Shown piece after piece: positions 1-14,184 of a DNA stretch of 64,000 nt (its first letter is position 1; the number at the start of each line of letters is the position of its first letter). The stretch is from Camelus dromedarius (taxonomy: Eukaryota). Below the pieces are notes generated by a model. It was not told the origin of the DNA and searched no databases. It saw only the letters and a program-made list of their open reading frames with translations. The DNA lies in the NCBI RefSeq assembly GCF_036321535.1, contig NC_087437.1, positions 33,172,001-33,236,000 on the forward strand, in the 5' to 3' direction. Position numbers and translations under genes: made by a program.

Positions 1-557
1 AGAAAGAAGGAGCTGGGACATGTCTTCCCTGGAAGTGGCTAAACACAGGCCTGCTGAAGTACCCTCACCAACTGCCTGAGGGGACTGGGCAGTGATATGC
101 AGAAAAGAAGGGCATGGTGACTCTGCTGTCATGGCTATCCCCAGCTGTCCCGGCTTGGAGAGTGTGGGTGAGGACTCAGGAGCCAGTTCCATGAGCCACA
201 GGCCCCATGTTCCTTATCCAAGCCCTGAGAATACACTAAGAACAGGTGGGGTCGAGTGGGTGCTTAGCCCGCGCGGCTCTGTCATCTGAGGTTACAGAAA
301 TTGGAAGAGCCGGAAAGTTTATTTCTTATCACAGAACACTGTTCGGATTTTCCACCCTGGGACACTCTTGACAATTGGGGGTGCTGTTTGTAAATCAGTT
401 TTTGATGAAATTTTCGGCTTAAGATTTTTGACCAGCAGTCTCTTAGTTATATATTTGTAAATACTATGTTTCTGTAAAAATGCATTATCAAGTAAAATGG
501 GAGGAAATACTTTTTCTAGCTAAGAAAAGCAAAAGAATAAAAAAAAAAAAAAAGGCT

Positions 558-2030
558 GACAAATAGATCAATAGAACAGGAGAGAAAGCCCAGAAATAAA
601 CCCACACACTTACAGTCAGTCTACAACAGAGGAAATAACTGGTGGAAAAAAGACAGTCTCTTCAATAACTGGTGCTGGGAAAACTGGACAGCTACATGTA
701 AAAGGTGAAATTAGAACATTCTCTAGCACCATATACAAAGATAAACTCAAAATAGATTAAAGAGCTAAGTATAAGACCAGATACTCTAAAATTCCTAGAG
801 GAAAACATAGGCAGGACACTCTTTGACATAAATCGCTGAAATATCTTTTTGGATCTGTCTCTTAGAGTAATGGAAACAAAAACAAAAGGGACCTAGTTAA
901 ACTTAAAAGTGTTTGCACAACAAAGGAAACCATAAACAAAATGAAAAGACAACCTATAGAAAGGGAGAAAATATTTGCAAATGATGCACCTGACATGGGA
1001 TTAATTTCTAAAATATACAAACAGCTCATAAAGCTTAATATCAAAAAACAAAACAAAACAAATAACCCAATCAAAAAGTGGGCAAAAGACCTAAATAGAC
1101 ATTTCTCTAAAGAAGACATCCAGATAGCCAACAGGCACATAAAAAGATGCTCAACATCGCTAATTATTAGAGAAATGAAAATCAAAACTACAATGAGGTA
1201 TCACCTCACACTGGTTAGAATGGCCATCATTCAAAAGTCTACAAATAATAAATCCTGGAGAGGGTTTGGAGAGAAAAGAACCCTCCTACACTTTTGGTAG
1301 GAATATAAATTGGTGCAGCCAGTATGGATAACAGTATGGAGGTTCCTTAAAAAACTAAAAATAGAATTATCATATAAACCTGCTGTCCCACTGCTAGGCA
1401 TATATCTGGAGAGAACTCTAATTAAAAAAGACACATGCACCCCAATGTTCACAGCAGCACTATTTACAATAGTCAAGACATGGAAGCAGCTTAAATGTCC
1501 ATTGACAGATGATTGGATAAAGAAGCTGTGGCACATATATACACAGCAGAATATTACTCAGCCATAAAAAAGAATGAAATAATGCCATTTGCAGCAACAT
1601 GGATGGACCTAGAGATGATCATATTAGGTGAAATAAGTCAGACAGAAAGACAAATATATGATATCACTTACATGCAGAATCTAAAAAAATGATACAAAGG
1701 AACTTATTTATAAAACAGAAATAGACTCACAGACATAGAAAACAAACTTAAGGTTATCAAAGGGAAAAGTGGAGGCACGGGGGAGAGGGATAGATTAGGA
1801 GTTTGGAATTAACATATACACACTATTATGTAAAATACATAAACAACAAGGGCCTACTGTATAGCACAGGGAACTATATTCAGTATCTTGTAATAACCTA
1901 TAATGAAGAGAATCTGAAAAAAGAATATATATATATATACATATATATGTATAACTGAATCACTTTGCTGTTCACCTGAAACTAACACATTATAAATTAA
2001 CTATACTTCAATTTTAAAAATGGTTATAAA
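558..2030 (+). mobile_element. 5'-truncated L1 (ORF2 C-terminus plus 3' UTR), degenerate
   Basis: ORF pieces MKRQP..EKIFAN..., [34 protein letters not shown]; 3' UTR ending taactatacttcaattttaaaaa. Confidence 0.93.
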
Positions 2031-2559
2031 AAAGAAGCTATCCCCTCCCAGAAGCTATCCCCTCTTCCTCTTGGTGATGCTTCTCTGATTTTCAGCATTG
2101 CCTGCCCCCTCCAATGCTGGTGAACACATCTCACTCCTGGGGCCCTGCCAGGGCTCTCCCTCCACCCTCACCCTCACCCTCCTGGTCATTATCAGGGCTC
2201 AGGGATGGGCTCTGGACCTACTGAGGCAAGTGTCGGGCTGCAACTCACAGGCCTGTAAGCCTTGTAGCTGCCCAACCTCAAGATCGAAGAAAGAGACTGA
2301 AAACAGGACAGAGACATCAATCATTCTTCAGATGGGGGATCTTTGAAGTCTGAAGCAAAAGGTCTTGGAGTGACACCCCACTGTGCATAGCAGAGGATGA
2401 GCAGAGCTCCACTACTGGGGGAAGAAGGCTATCATTTATAGTGGCTGGGGCAGCGGGCAAGCACGTAGGCAGTTCCTGATTAAGCCCTATAATTAAGAAG
2501 ATTGCAAAGTCATGTGAGCAAAGCGGGGCCTGGTCGAGCAGGGGGTATACAGAGAGCAA

Positions 2560-2918
2560 GAGAACAGCCATCTTGAGTGGCCTGATCATACAGCAAGTGA
2601 GTCATGAGGTGGGGGCTCTTGCTCTTCTGAGACAGCATGTTCTTCCCTCCCTTGCTGTGACTCTGAGAGGAAGCCATGGCCCGAGAAGCTGCTGGTGCCC
2701 TCTTGCTGTCCTCAGGAGAGTGGGTCTCAGGATGAAGGAAGAGACCAGGCACAGAAAGAAGCCAGGTCCCTCAGGATACTACTGACCTGCGGGCTAATGA
2801 CCTACCCAAAGCCTGCCCTGTCCAGACTTCTCAGTTATAGGCACCAAGAAGCCAACTTTATTGTTTAAGCCAACTGAAGCATGATTTTGCTGCCCCAGTT
2901 AGACAGTTCCTAATGGAT
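2560..2918 (+). mobile_element. Old MaLR LTR (MLT1J/K-like), degenerate
   Basis: MLT1-type 3' end (cagacttctcagtta...ttgtttaagcca...ttcctaa). Confidence 0.5.
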
Positions 2919-5900
2919 TATGGAGTCAGGAACTGCTGTCAGGAGTCAAAGAGATATAAGGCTGCCCCGTGGTGGGTGCCAGGCCTGGGAACACATCAGC
3001 TGTCTCTGTCCTGAGAAGACCACGTTGGCAGATTCCGCCAACTTTGGGCTGAACCAGCTGGTGAAGAGACACCCGCTCCCGCCACCTCCCGCAACTCCCA
3101 GCCTGGCTGCAGAAACTCTCCAGCCTCAGGGGCCAGGCCAGGCCGTGAGCCCAGATGAGAAGTGACTGCTCCCAGGCTGAGGGCTGTCAGCTGTAGTCTC
3201 TCAGGTTCTTCTTTAAGAAGAGCAGGCTCAGGAGGAGTGGGAGGGAGAAAAGCCCCTGGGGGAGGAGAAGGAATCTCTTAAGATAGACACTGGAACCCTG
3301 GCCAGGGCTCAGAGTCAGCCCCTGGGGGATGGCCGCACCACTGGCATGGATGGGATCTTTTGCAAAGGCCTGAGTGGCTTCACTGACAAATTCTTCTCTC
3401 CCGTGGGGGCTTGGAAAGCAAAGTTGGTGTCAGGGACTAGATGAAAACATCCCCGATACACAGGTGAGCGAGGCCACTTGATGTGATTCCACAACTCCCC
3501 CTTTCTCAGCACTGACATTCACACGGACACCTCTGGAAGGACAGTCAGAAGCTGCTAACAGTGGGGTAGGAGGGGCTTACTCAAACTATAAGGCTCTGCT
3601 TCACTTCTCTTTCCATTTGCAGATGGCACAGCCGCGCAGAGCACGGACCTGGAGCCAGGCATGCATTCAAAGCTGCACTGGTGTGAGGCGAGGACAGTTA
3701 CTTCCCCCGCCCCCAGCCTTGGGGCACCTCCTCCTCGTAGAGTTGTCCGCGAGGCTCGTGCACTAATATCCACCCAAATGAAAGCACTTCACAGTAATGG
3801 CCATGTATGTGATTGCGATTATTATTATTAACTTTAAAAATCTGGGTATAATCTTGAATAGAATCAGCTGTGAATTTCTTTTCACAGCTCATGAGAAGGG
3901 AAGGTAGGAACTAAAAACAGCTGGGTCATTAAATAAAATCTTAGCTATTACTGTTAGCCTTCTTAACCGCATCTTTTATTGGAGCTATTGGCGAGTCAGG
4001 AAATGCGACTCCAGAGTCCCTTTTATTCCCCTTGGCATAGGTGAAGCTTGGTGGGATTGGGACAAGAATATGGATAATTAATCCTTGACTTGAAAGCCGC
4101 CTAACCAAAGCTCAGGTGTGATGAGATGATCCTTATCTCCAAACCGTGGAACTAGGAACACACGTGGAGAAAACACAGCTCATCTGGTTCTCCGGGTCCG
4201 CAACTACCATGCTCAAAGTGACCTCTTGGCTTGCGTTTTGGTTCAGCTCTCCAAACCTGCACATTTTCCATGCTATGTTCGTGATTCACAACATCTCTCC
4301 TGAGACCCCTGGAGGGAAGCGCTTTGCTGGTGAAGGAAAGAACTGCTCAATGGAGCTAGGGGCTGTCCTGGAGCTTTTGACTTCCTAATCTCTCCCTGAG
4401 GTACTTGGGACTCATGGGTGAATTCACCATGTCCTAAACACTGGGCCTATACACCACCTCACTGGCTGCAGCGAGCCCCCGGAGATGGCCTTTTCCTTTG
4501 GGACCAAGACCAGGGCTGGAGCTTTCAGCGTCATGCCTGCACCCTGCCAGACTCTCAGGGGCAAGGCAGAGGCTGCAGTGCCAAGGGCCCTCAGATGCAG
4601 GTCTGGGCTTCAGTGGGACAGCTAACAATTGTTTTCTGAATCTGGGAGGATAAGGAGAGCATTTCTAGCTTGAAGTTATTACCAAGCTTGAGCAGATGAA
4701 TAGAACTGTTACGCAATTCTCTGTTCCACTTACCTTTGGGCATGAAACAATTCTTTAAAAATCCACTATCTGTTCACATTTAAAACTAAAAGTAATTTAG
4801 ATTGTGTAACTTTGAAAAAAAACTCCTTCTCTTGCAAAGATTTGACAAGCCAGTTTTGACACAATTGGCAACAGAATTTTTTTTTAACGTAATGAAATGA
4901 ACACAGTCAGTACTACATGTATTGGATTTTGCAATTTTCCAAAGTAAGCCCTCATTTTTGGCGTGTCATGCTGGTTAAGAACACAGCATTGTTACAGGCC
5001 AATTATGCATTTTCTGGTGACTTTGGCATGGCATTTTGTTTTTCCATCACTCACTTAAGACAGGATATTTGCCATTTTGAGAATGAACTAACATTCTACT
5101 TGGTGACTTGTAAAGTGTGATGCTAAATATATTACAAATTGGGAGTGTTTTGATTTTCCAAGCAAAAAATAATTTAAAGCTTGAAGTTGTAAAGTTTACC
5201 CCTTCCTGTTTGAGAAGATGCTACATTCAATGCAGAGTGAAAAAAAAAGATTTTAAATTTTTTTTTTCCCTAGCAATTATACTTAGAATTTTATGTTCTC
5301 CCAAGAAAAATCCCAATAGTTGTTAATATTTGTATACCATAAACTTCCTGGAACGATTGACTTACGCAACTATTTAAGACATTACTATTCACCAATCAAA
5401 TCTGCATGGAGGTTGTTATCAGGGAAACCAAAACCAACTCCACATACCACAGAGGAAGGCATTTGCCCACACATGGCAGCCTATGCAACAGGACAATGTG
5501 TTAGAAAACCCATACTCTGCTTTTCTTTCCCTCTTTACCAGGGCATGCATCTAAGAGTGAGGACAAAGTGCTAGTAAATAAACCATCTGGGTAACACAGA
5601 GATGACGTAGTCACCAAGACAACTTATACACATGCAGAGGTTATGTTTTTGGAATGTAATGATGCAGTGGGTGGATCTTCAAGGCAGGAAGCTAATCAAG
5701 AAAGGCTGGATTTGTGGCAGGTTTAGAAGAGTCGGCCAGTTGTGAGACCACCAAGGGGCAGGCTGTTCTAGGCAGAAGTGGAGGCCTGGGTGAGCAAACA
5801 CGGATCAGCAGTGAGGCTGCCTGGAATGGCACCAGGAGCTACCTGAGGTAAAGCAAAAAGGTGGATGACCTGGTAGCCCAGAAATGGGGTTTGTTCTTAG

Positions 5901-6559
5901 AGGTTCCTCAGAAGTTCTGCACACTTAGGCTGAAGGAAGCGTATGAGTCAGATCATATGAATATTAGCTTTTGGGAACAAATTCTAGTGCAAAATGGTTT
6001 TCATTGGTAAATAACAGAATTATGACCAGGCTTTAGGACAAGGAGGTAATTTTGCTGGCTAGAAAGCAAAATTCTTCCAATTCTTCAAGGACTAACAAGT
6101 ACAGTCTGGTGCAAAGGGCTCTGGTCTGAGAGGCAGGAGGAGTGAGGTCTAGTACCAGCCTAACCACCCAACTGGCTTCATCTCTTCTGTACAAAATGCC
6201 AGGTATGGGATGAATGAGATGATAACCAGGAGTTACATTCTCCTTTAGCTGTTCCTTGAGAGGGAGACTTGCTAAATTGTCTTTTCTTGGGACTAACCTC
6301 AGTGACACCTTCCACCTTCTACTAGAAGCCTTGTGCCCTCTTACCAGCATTCAGGTATCACATATTTTAGGCTTTAAAAAATCCAACCCCCCCAAAACAA
6401 CAACAACAACAATGGTTTAACTGATATGCTTATTATCTGAATTAAAACAACTGAATGTTTGAAATTTGATAAATGAGCTGACTCATTTGAAATAGTGAGG
6501 AAATTGATGCAGCAGTCAGGAGAGGACAGGATACAGTGCAAGTATGATTGTGCCTAAAT

Positions 6560-6910
6560 CGCAGGGCTTAAGCTAGCAAAGTTTCATCTGCTGCTCTCAC
6601 TGTAAGTCCATCACAGGTTGGCTGCAGGTTGGCCCGTATCACTCGCCCCAGGAGCAGGATGAAGGGACAGCCCCCAAGGGAGCCCGCTCCTTGCTGTGGC
6701 CGGCCGGGGGAAAAGACAGCAGGGACAGTTGTGCTCAGGCTCCTAAAGTTCCTGCTAGAAGTAACATGTCACTTCTCACCTTTTATTGGCCGAAGCACAT
6801 CACATGGCCATGCCTAGCTTCTTCAGGGGGTGGGAAGGTACCATATCATTACATTCCCCAGGAGGGAGGGACCTGGAAGTTTTTGGAAGAGCACAAATGC
6901 CTCCCACAAC
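6560..6910 (-). mobile_element. Old MaLR LTR fragment (MLT1K/L-like)
   Basis: ttggccgaagcacatcacatggccatgccta...tgggaagg motif typical of antisense MLT1. Confidence 0.5.
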
Positions 6911-6956
6911 AGTTAGTGCCAGGTGAGCCCCAGCCCTGTCAGGGGTCTTCGGTATA

Positions 6957-7312
6957 CTGCATTGGTCTGCTAGGGGCGCCATGACAAAGCGCCACAGGCT
7001 GGTGGATTAGATAGCAGAAATTAATTTTCTCACAATTCTGGAGGCTAGAAATCTGAGATCAGGGTTTGGCAGGGCTGGCTTTTTCTGAAGTGTCTCTTCT
7101 TGGCTTGCAGATGGCTGTTTCCTCCCCGGGTTCCCTCACAGTGGTCTACCCTCTGTGTGTGTCTGTGTCCCAACCTCCTCTTCTTATAAGGACACCAGTC
7201 ATATTGGACTAGGACCCACCTTAATGACTTCATTTCACCTGATCACCTCTTTAAAGGCTCTATCCCCAAATACAGTCAGAAGTACTGGGGGTTAGGACTT
7301 CAATATATGAAG
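6957..7312 (-). mobile_element. MaLR LTR (MLT1A/B/C-like)
   Basis: cagaaattaattttctcacaattctggaggctagaaatctgagatcagg...ttataaggacaccagtcatattgga...gggggttaggacttcaa. Confidence 0.85.
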
Positions 7313-7703
7313 GTATCATGCTAAAACTGAGGCCTGCCTCACTAATCAAGGCTATAACAATACTAGAAATATGCAATGCTTTTTGATATATTTTATCCTT
7401 ATACTTGGTGCCAAAACTCTATTGAAATCAATTTCTGTAAATAAATCATTTCTTGCTATGACCTTCAAGACAGAAGCTGTGATTAGAATAATAAAAATGT
7501 AAGAAATTTAAATTTAATTGAAGGCCTATAGAGAGGGTTTTCCTAATTCATCTCGTGTCCTAAACTCTCTCTGAACTTATTAGATAGTACGGAGTCCAGA
7601 AGACTTTTTATTCACTTAATAACTCTCTCATGATATATGGTAGAAGGCCATAGTCTGGTTACTCTTATTGAATATCTCCCTGCTAGTAGACACTGACCTT
7701 GGC

Positions 7704-7835
7704 TAGTGATTCTCAAACTTGCTCATGTATCACAATCCCAGTAGGTCTCGGATGGGCCTGAAGCTTTGCATTTCTAACAAGTTCTCAGGTGATACTGGTA
7801 CTGCTGGTCCAGGTCCAGGGACTGTACGTGGTTTA
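7704..7835. mobile_element. MER5A-like hAT MITE
   Basis: agtgattctcaaact...tgcatttctaacaagttctcaggtgatactg..ctgctggtcc. Confidence 0.7.
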
Positions 7836-8559
7836 GGAAGTTGCAGTTGGGGTGATGGAAAACCTTCTTCATAGGCTTCCTCATCTGGGTGCCTGAGTAG
7901 CGGATGCTGGAGGCAACCAGGTTAATGTGGGTACACACACTGGCAACTTCCAGGCCCCAGCAGACAGCAAGTGAGTCAGAATTGTGAATCATCTAAGCAG
8001 GACTAGCTCTTTGGTATTTTTTACTGCACAACCATGTAATATTACTCACTCTGGACAAGGCCTGCCTCCTCTTGGCTCAATCTTCAGTTGTTTTGTTTTT
8101 GTTTTTAGAACTAGGGTCCTGGTAGAACATTCTTTTTAACAGTTATGCCAATCCCACCAAAGTCTTAAGGGAAAAAAAAAGACTTATCCATTCCTTTTTC
8201 CTTTTCCACCTGTGCTGTTTTTCATAACAAAAATCCCCTGGGCTCTGTATTAACTGTGACCAGTTCTGCATTGGGAGTCATGGAGCTCCTTGCCAAGACA
8301 CAGCACTGCAGCCTGCACTCACTCTCTTCTTGACGTCTGTGCCCTCCTGCTTGGGGCTGCAGACTTCAGCCCTACCATTAGGACTGGTGTTTTTTTAGTT
8401 CCCCAAGGAGCAGCAACAGCTGGGGAGGTGATGAGTGTATATGCCCAGAGGAGGTGGCTGAGGCAAACACGGCTCTCTGCCTACCCAATATCATTTTCTT
8501 CCTTACTAACTGGACCTCAGTGTTGTTCAGGGTGGCGATATGTCCTCTAAATACCATGC

Positions 8560-8915
8560 CATTGCCTTTGCACCCAGGGGGGCTGTGTGACTCAGAGATG
8601 ACCAATGACATACAAGGAGTTTCTGTGTAAGGCTTCTGGGAATGGCTTTTAAAAGGGGTCTGGCTCAGCTGGCCTGCTCTTATCGCCCTTTGCCCTTCCT
8701 CTACCTTTTTTTTCCATCCTGGAATGCAGATGCAAGGCTTGGAGTTGCAGCAGCCACTTTGCTACAAGAGTTGCACACTGAGGAAATTGGGCAGGAAGAA
8801 GGAACCTGCCCCTTTAATGACTTCCCCATAGCTGCTGATCTCCAGACTTCCTCTTATGTGAGAAAACAAGCCCCTTATTCAACAAGGCCTTTGCAGGTTT
8901 TTGGTTATTTGGTTC
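8560..8915 (+). mobile_element. MaLR LTR (MLT1J-like)
   Basis: cctggaatgcagatg...ggagttgcagcagcca...cagacttc...atgtgagaaa. Confidence 0.6.
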
Positions 8916-9602
8916 CCTATGAGGGTTCTGCCTCAGGCAGCATGGAGTCCGGGAAGAAGGGAAGTATTTGGGGGAGGACATGAGTGTACTCCCTGCCACT
9001 GATAAAGATGACAAGAAGCGAGAAGCATTAACCACGGTTTCCTGAGCACATACTGTAGCTTAGGCAGGATGCCAAGCTCTGGACATGTAGAACCTTGGAA
9101 TTGAAAGGAATCTCAAGCATCAACCAGCCTCAGCCTTTCCTGTGAGAGTTTCCCATGGCAAACTCAGAAGTGTGCTAGAGTTGGAGGGGGTTGGAGGACT
9201 TGTATGGGAGCTGGGAGCCAAGCATTCTGTATAGAAAGAATAAATCATGTCTTCCACTTTCAAATGTATCAAGACACAATTGTGATTAATATCATATGGA
9301 TTCCTTTCGAAGCACTGCTGTATGGGGAGGTTGCGACCATGATGAATTTTCTGGTGTATACGTATTTAAAGGGTTTTCAGATCCCAAGAGTCATGAACCC
9401 CTCCTCATGCAGACCTGCTCCTTCTCCTGAGAAAGCTCCTTGGGAACCTCAGAGCATTCCTTTCCTCGAGTTCAGCTCTGCCTCTGGGAAACTTCTACCA
9501 CTGCCCTGGTCCACTTGGCAGCAGCTGAGAATAAGCCCCTCCAGCATTTGGAAATCAAGAGTCTTGTGTCCTGGCACCTCTTTCCCCACCGTCACCTTGA
9601 CC

Positions 9603-9713
9603 TAGGGTGACAGCTTGATCTGGTTTACCTGGGACTATCCTGGTTTTAAAACTGAAAGTTCTGAATCTGGAAACCCTCTCAGTCCTGGGCAAACCAGGAT
9701 GGTGAGTCAGCTA
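9603..9713. mobile_element. MER81-like hAT-Blackjack MITE
   Basis: tagggtgac...ctggttttaaaactgaaagt...ctcagtcctgggcaaaccaggatgg..gtcagcta with degenerate terminal inverted repeats. Confidence 0.7.
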
Positions 9714-11689
9714 ACTTGTACCTGTCTGTTCTTTTTCAGGCTAAGCAATATGTTTCCTAAAACATTTGTAGTAGAACAAGGTGTTCACATCTCCTACCAT
9801 TCTGGTCCTCCTCTCTGGTACACACTCCAGTTTGTCCACATCACTCATAAAAGGTGGCACCTGGAACCAAAGATGATAGTCAGGGTTTAGTGGACCTGTC
9901 AGTGCAGTCAGTCTGTACCAATGGTACCAGCACTGGCTTATAACCACACGAGTGATCAATTAAAACCACAGGGCTTATTTCTATCAAATCAGGTTTCCCC
10001 ACTCACACCCTGGATTTGGCAATTGGCTTTTTCAACCTAATGGCAGTTAGTTTTTAAATTTATTCTAATTTAACTTTTTGGCTTGGGCCCAGATGTTGTT
10101 CTTGTCCAGGTGAGAACAAGTGGCCCATCTTACTGGTGGTCTCACCCCTGTGTTTGGCTTCTGAACATCTGATAAACACGTTTTCTATACTCTCATCCAA
10201 ATTATTGATTATGTTTGAGGAAAAGCCCTGGGGCATACCGCTTGAGACATTCTGTTAGATTAATGTTAAGCTGTCAGTCAATGATCTGGAGTTTTCTTGT
10301 TTAGCCACCTAGGAATTGATCTCATGTGTTTTGGCCCTCGGGGGTAACCCCAGCGACTCTGAGCACATGCTCCTGAAAAATCAAAATCCCTTAGGGGCTG
10401 AAGCCTTTTCCAGGAAGGCTGGGGTGTCAAGAGGTCAACCTCACTCTGAATGAACACAGATAGTTGAGGCATTAACCCTAGAATTATGTGGATGGTTTAC
10501 TCCCTGGAAAGGCCTAATCATCACTAGAATCTCCCTGAGTCACCGCCTCTCACCAGAAACCATTCAGCAAACTCGTGGGGAGTTCAGATCAATTTGCTTA
10601 GTATTTCAAGATTTTATTCTGTCACATAAAGAAACTGGTACAATGGGATATACTTTCAAGTATATCCTTTTAGAACTTGTGTTTTAACTTTTCTATTCCT
10701 CTACATGTTCCTATAACCTCTGAGTTAAGGCCTACAGATAAATGCCCAGGTCTTAAATGTGCAGTTCCACGAGCTTTGACAAATGTATGGGTCCATGTAA
10801 CTAGCACATGGATACAGAGCATGTCCATCACCCCAGAAAGGCTCCCTCCCTCACCCTTCACAGAGTCTAAGGCTCTAACACTCTAACAGATCTTAGACAC
10901 TACACAAATATAATTAGGGTGGGATAAATACCCTATAAAAACAAAATTAACAGATATACATGATTTGAAAATACCAACAGCTTAGAATGTCTCATCCCTT
11001 TCCGTGGGGCAAGGCAACACTGTTTCCCCACAATTCTCATTGCATAATTTTCTTCAAATAGTTCAGTATGTCGTAACAACTGAAGTATTTATTTTGCTTT
11101 GTAACTTGTAGTATTTAAAAACTATATGTATATAACTGAACCTAAATGGGGACAATCTACCTGGACATGAGTGTCATTAGGCATGCAAGGACCAGTGTCA
11201 TGGTCACTGGCTGGCAGAACTGACCCCTGAGGCCTGCAGACAGCAGAGGTGCACACACGTGCAGGAGTGGGTGCTGGCCAGCCTCCACCGCTAGTTTGTG
11301 TTGCTACTGCTCAGGGAGACCCGAGTTTGCAAGCACATTGCTGACTGCTACGGCTGACACACCTGCAGGTGTCTGAGGGAATATGAGTGATTGGTGGGGC
11401 CTGGCTTTGCAAATAATGAGGACTTCTCTTGTTGTAGGAGATGAACTGGACTGGCTCGTTCATCGTAAGTGGACAGAAGACAAGTTTATGTAATTCCACT
11501 TGGTAAAGAGCGTTCATTTATTATGATGGTGACTTTGGGAAAACCCTGGGAAGTTTTTTAAGTCTGACAGTAGGTTCATCTTTGAATGATTTTTTTTGCC
11601 CAGCTGGTTAGGTGCTACTCAGATCATTGGGTAGCAATGAAAAAATATTAGCAGTAACAACAATAATAACCACCACCATCATGACAGCA

Positions 11690-11835
11690 ACAGCAACCAC
11701 TTACTGTCTGCTCATGCTCTGGATGCTGTGTTGAGCAGCTTATGTAAATCATGTTAATTAATTCCCATGGCTGCACCATTTATAGATGAAGTAATTGGAG
11801 TCAGACAGGTTAAGTAACTTGCCTAATAGGGGTAC
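11690..11835 (-). mobile_element. MIR SINE
   Basis: ccatttatagatgaagtaattggagtcagacaggttaagtaacttgcc MIR core. Confidence 0.7.
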
Positions 11836-13089
11836 ATCACGTTAACAGCAGAATTTATACCAGTCAGCGTCCCAGGAGAGAACAGAGGGCAAATTTAAAT
11901 TAGGCAATTGGAAGTAAGTGTAAATAGGGTGAGGGCAGGGTTTAAGGAAATCATAAGGGCTACTACCAATGGGATCATTGTACCCCTAAGCCAGTGGGGA
12001 GGAGAAGGAAGCTGGGGACAGTGAGGCTGTGTGCAGAGGGTTCTTTCAGGAGCTGTGGTCTTTGACTGAAAGTCACAGCTAGTCACTTGGACATCCATGA
12101 TCCCTGGAGAATAGATGCCCTCTATTAGCACTAGCCTGTCTCCACTTCACTGGGCTTTCCGTTGATAAACCCAGTGGAAGCAAGAGGTTGATGTAGTTGA
12201 TTATACATATTGAAAATGTCTTCTCTCAGGCTATGGCTTGTTTTTTTCACTTCATGTACAATTGACTTTTGTTCTACATACGTTTTACATTTTAGTGTAA
12301 TCAGACCTGTCTTTTCTTTCATGGTTTGTGCTTTTATATCTTATTTAGGAAGTTCATTTTCCACTCCAGTGTCATAAAAATAGCCTCTTCTTTTCTTCTA
12401 CAGGTGTTAAGATGTTATTTTCCACCCTGAGTCTTTAGCATCCATAATTTTGTATATATGTGTGAAAAGGTGACTTTTCCCCCAAATCAATAGCCAGTTG
12501 TCCCAGCATCACTCACTGGTCTGAATGCCACCTTTGCCATAAATGGACGTGTGTGAGGACCTGCATGGAAATCAGTGTACCCAGAAGTGTGAGTTCCCTT
12601 CTCGCCTTCTTCCTGCTCCTTCAATTCTTTTCTTAGCAGTAGTTTTCCTTTCATTACTTGCTACTAATTTGAGAATGAACTTGACAATTCCATGAAAAAA
12701 AAATCTGTTGGGGTTTTGTATGGAATCACATTGCATTTACTGATTACTTTGGAGAGAACTGATTTATTTAAAATATTAAGTTTTGTCATTTGTGACTGTG
12801 GTAAATATGTCTACTTGTTTAGGTGTCTTTTCATGTCCTTCATTATAGTTTGATAACTTTCCCTGTATCATGTACCACTTTTTGTTAGAATTCTTTTCCT
12901 AGTTAAATACCTGGTGGTTTTGTTTTGTTTTGTATTAAAATTGGAATCTTCTTTTTTATTACATTTTTAAAATTAGATGATTCTTGTCTAAATACTTTTG
13001 TTCTTTATCTGTTGATCTTATATTTAGTAACCAGTTACAAGGTCATAGTAAGTATAATAGTTTAAAAAAATCTCCTAGGTTTTCTGTGG

Positions 13090-13634
13090 TGTGGTAGGCA
13101 AAAGTCTAAGAAAGTCTCCAAGATTTTTACCTTCTCATATACACACCCATGTAATTTCCTCCCCTAAGTGTGGGCAGGACCTGTGAATATGGTAGTCACT
13201 GCCTTGATTAGGTTATTTTATATGGCAAAGATGATGGGATAGTCCCTCCCATTATTATGTTATATCACACGTATAGCCCATGGAAGGGGAAGATTCTCCT
13301 GCTAGCCCTAAATAAGCACACTGTCACAGTGTGGGCCATGTGGCAAGGGACTGCGGGCAGCTTCTGGGAGCAGAAAGCAGTCCCCAGGTGATCAAGGAAA
13401 TGGAAGCCTCAGTCCTACAAATACAAGGAATTTAATTCTGCCAACAACCGCATGAGCTTGGAAGAGGACCCTCAGTTCCAGCTGAGAACAGAAGCAGGGC
13501 CCCACCTTGATTTCTGCCTTCTGAGACCCTGAGCAGAGAACACAATTCTACAGAACTATGAGATAATAAATGTGTGTCGTTTGAAGCTGCTATACTTGTG
13601 GTAATTTGTTACCCTGCAACAGAAAACAAATGCA
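13090..13634 (+). mobile_element. MaLR solo LTR (MLT1E-like) nested in L1M
   Basis: TG...CA ends; tgtggtaggc...gagataataaatgtgtgtcgtttgaagctgc...gtggtaatttgtta...agaaaacaaatgca; the L1M text resumes on both sides. Confidence 0.85.
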
Positions 13635-14184
13635 TATGTAAACAATTATATTGTCTGCAATTAATGGCAAGAATTTTTTCTTCCTTTCCAACCATTATAT
13701 ATTTTATATTTATCTCTGGCCTATTGTGAGGACTAAAGCCTTGGGTTGAATAGAAGGGCTGAACAGAAGAGCTGATATTGAAAATCCTTGAATTTTTCTT
13801 GATTGTCAGGAAACACTTCCAATGTTTCATTAAGTATAATATTTGCTGTAATTTCTTAGAGGACAACGTTTATGAGATCATAAGTTTTCCCTTCTATTCC
13901 TACTTCGCTGAGTTTATTTTCTAATTGTAAATGGGCTTTACAGTTGTTAAATGAGTTTTTTAGATCTATGGAAATAATTCTGTATTTTCCCTTTTTTAAC
14001 ATGTTAAACTGGCTTCTACATTGATAGATTTTTTTTTTTTGAAGTTAAACCATTGTTTCATTCTGGCAATAAACTTTACATTTTTTTTTAAAGTTTCAAT
14101 ACATTGGTGGACTTAGTTTGCTAACATTTTATTTAAGAATTTTGTTATCTTTCTTCAAATATTTGGTAAAACAATTGTTGCTTT

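Noticed and set aside
6962..6982. CTCF site (ctgctaggggcgcc)
   Set aside because: The G run is one base short for the core register, and it lies at the end of an MLT1 LTR.
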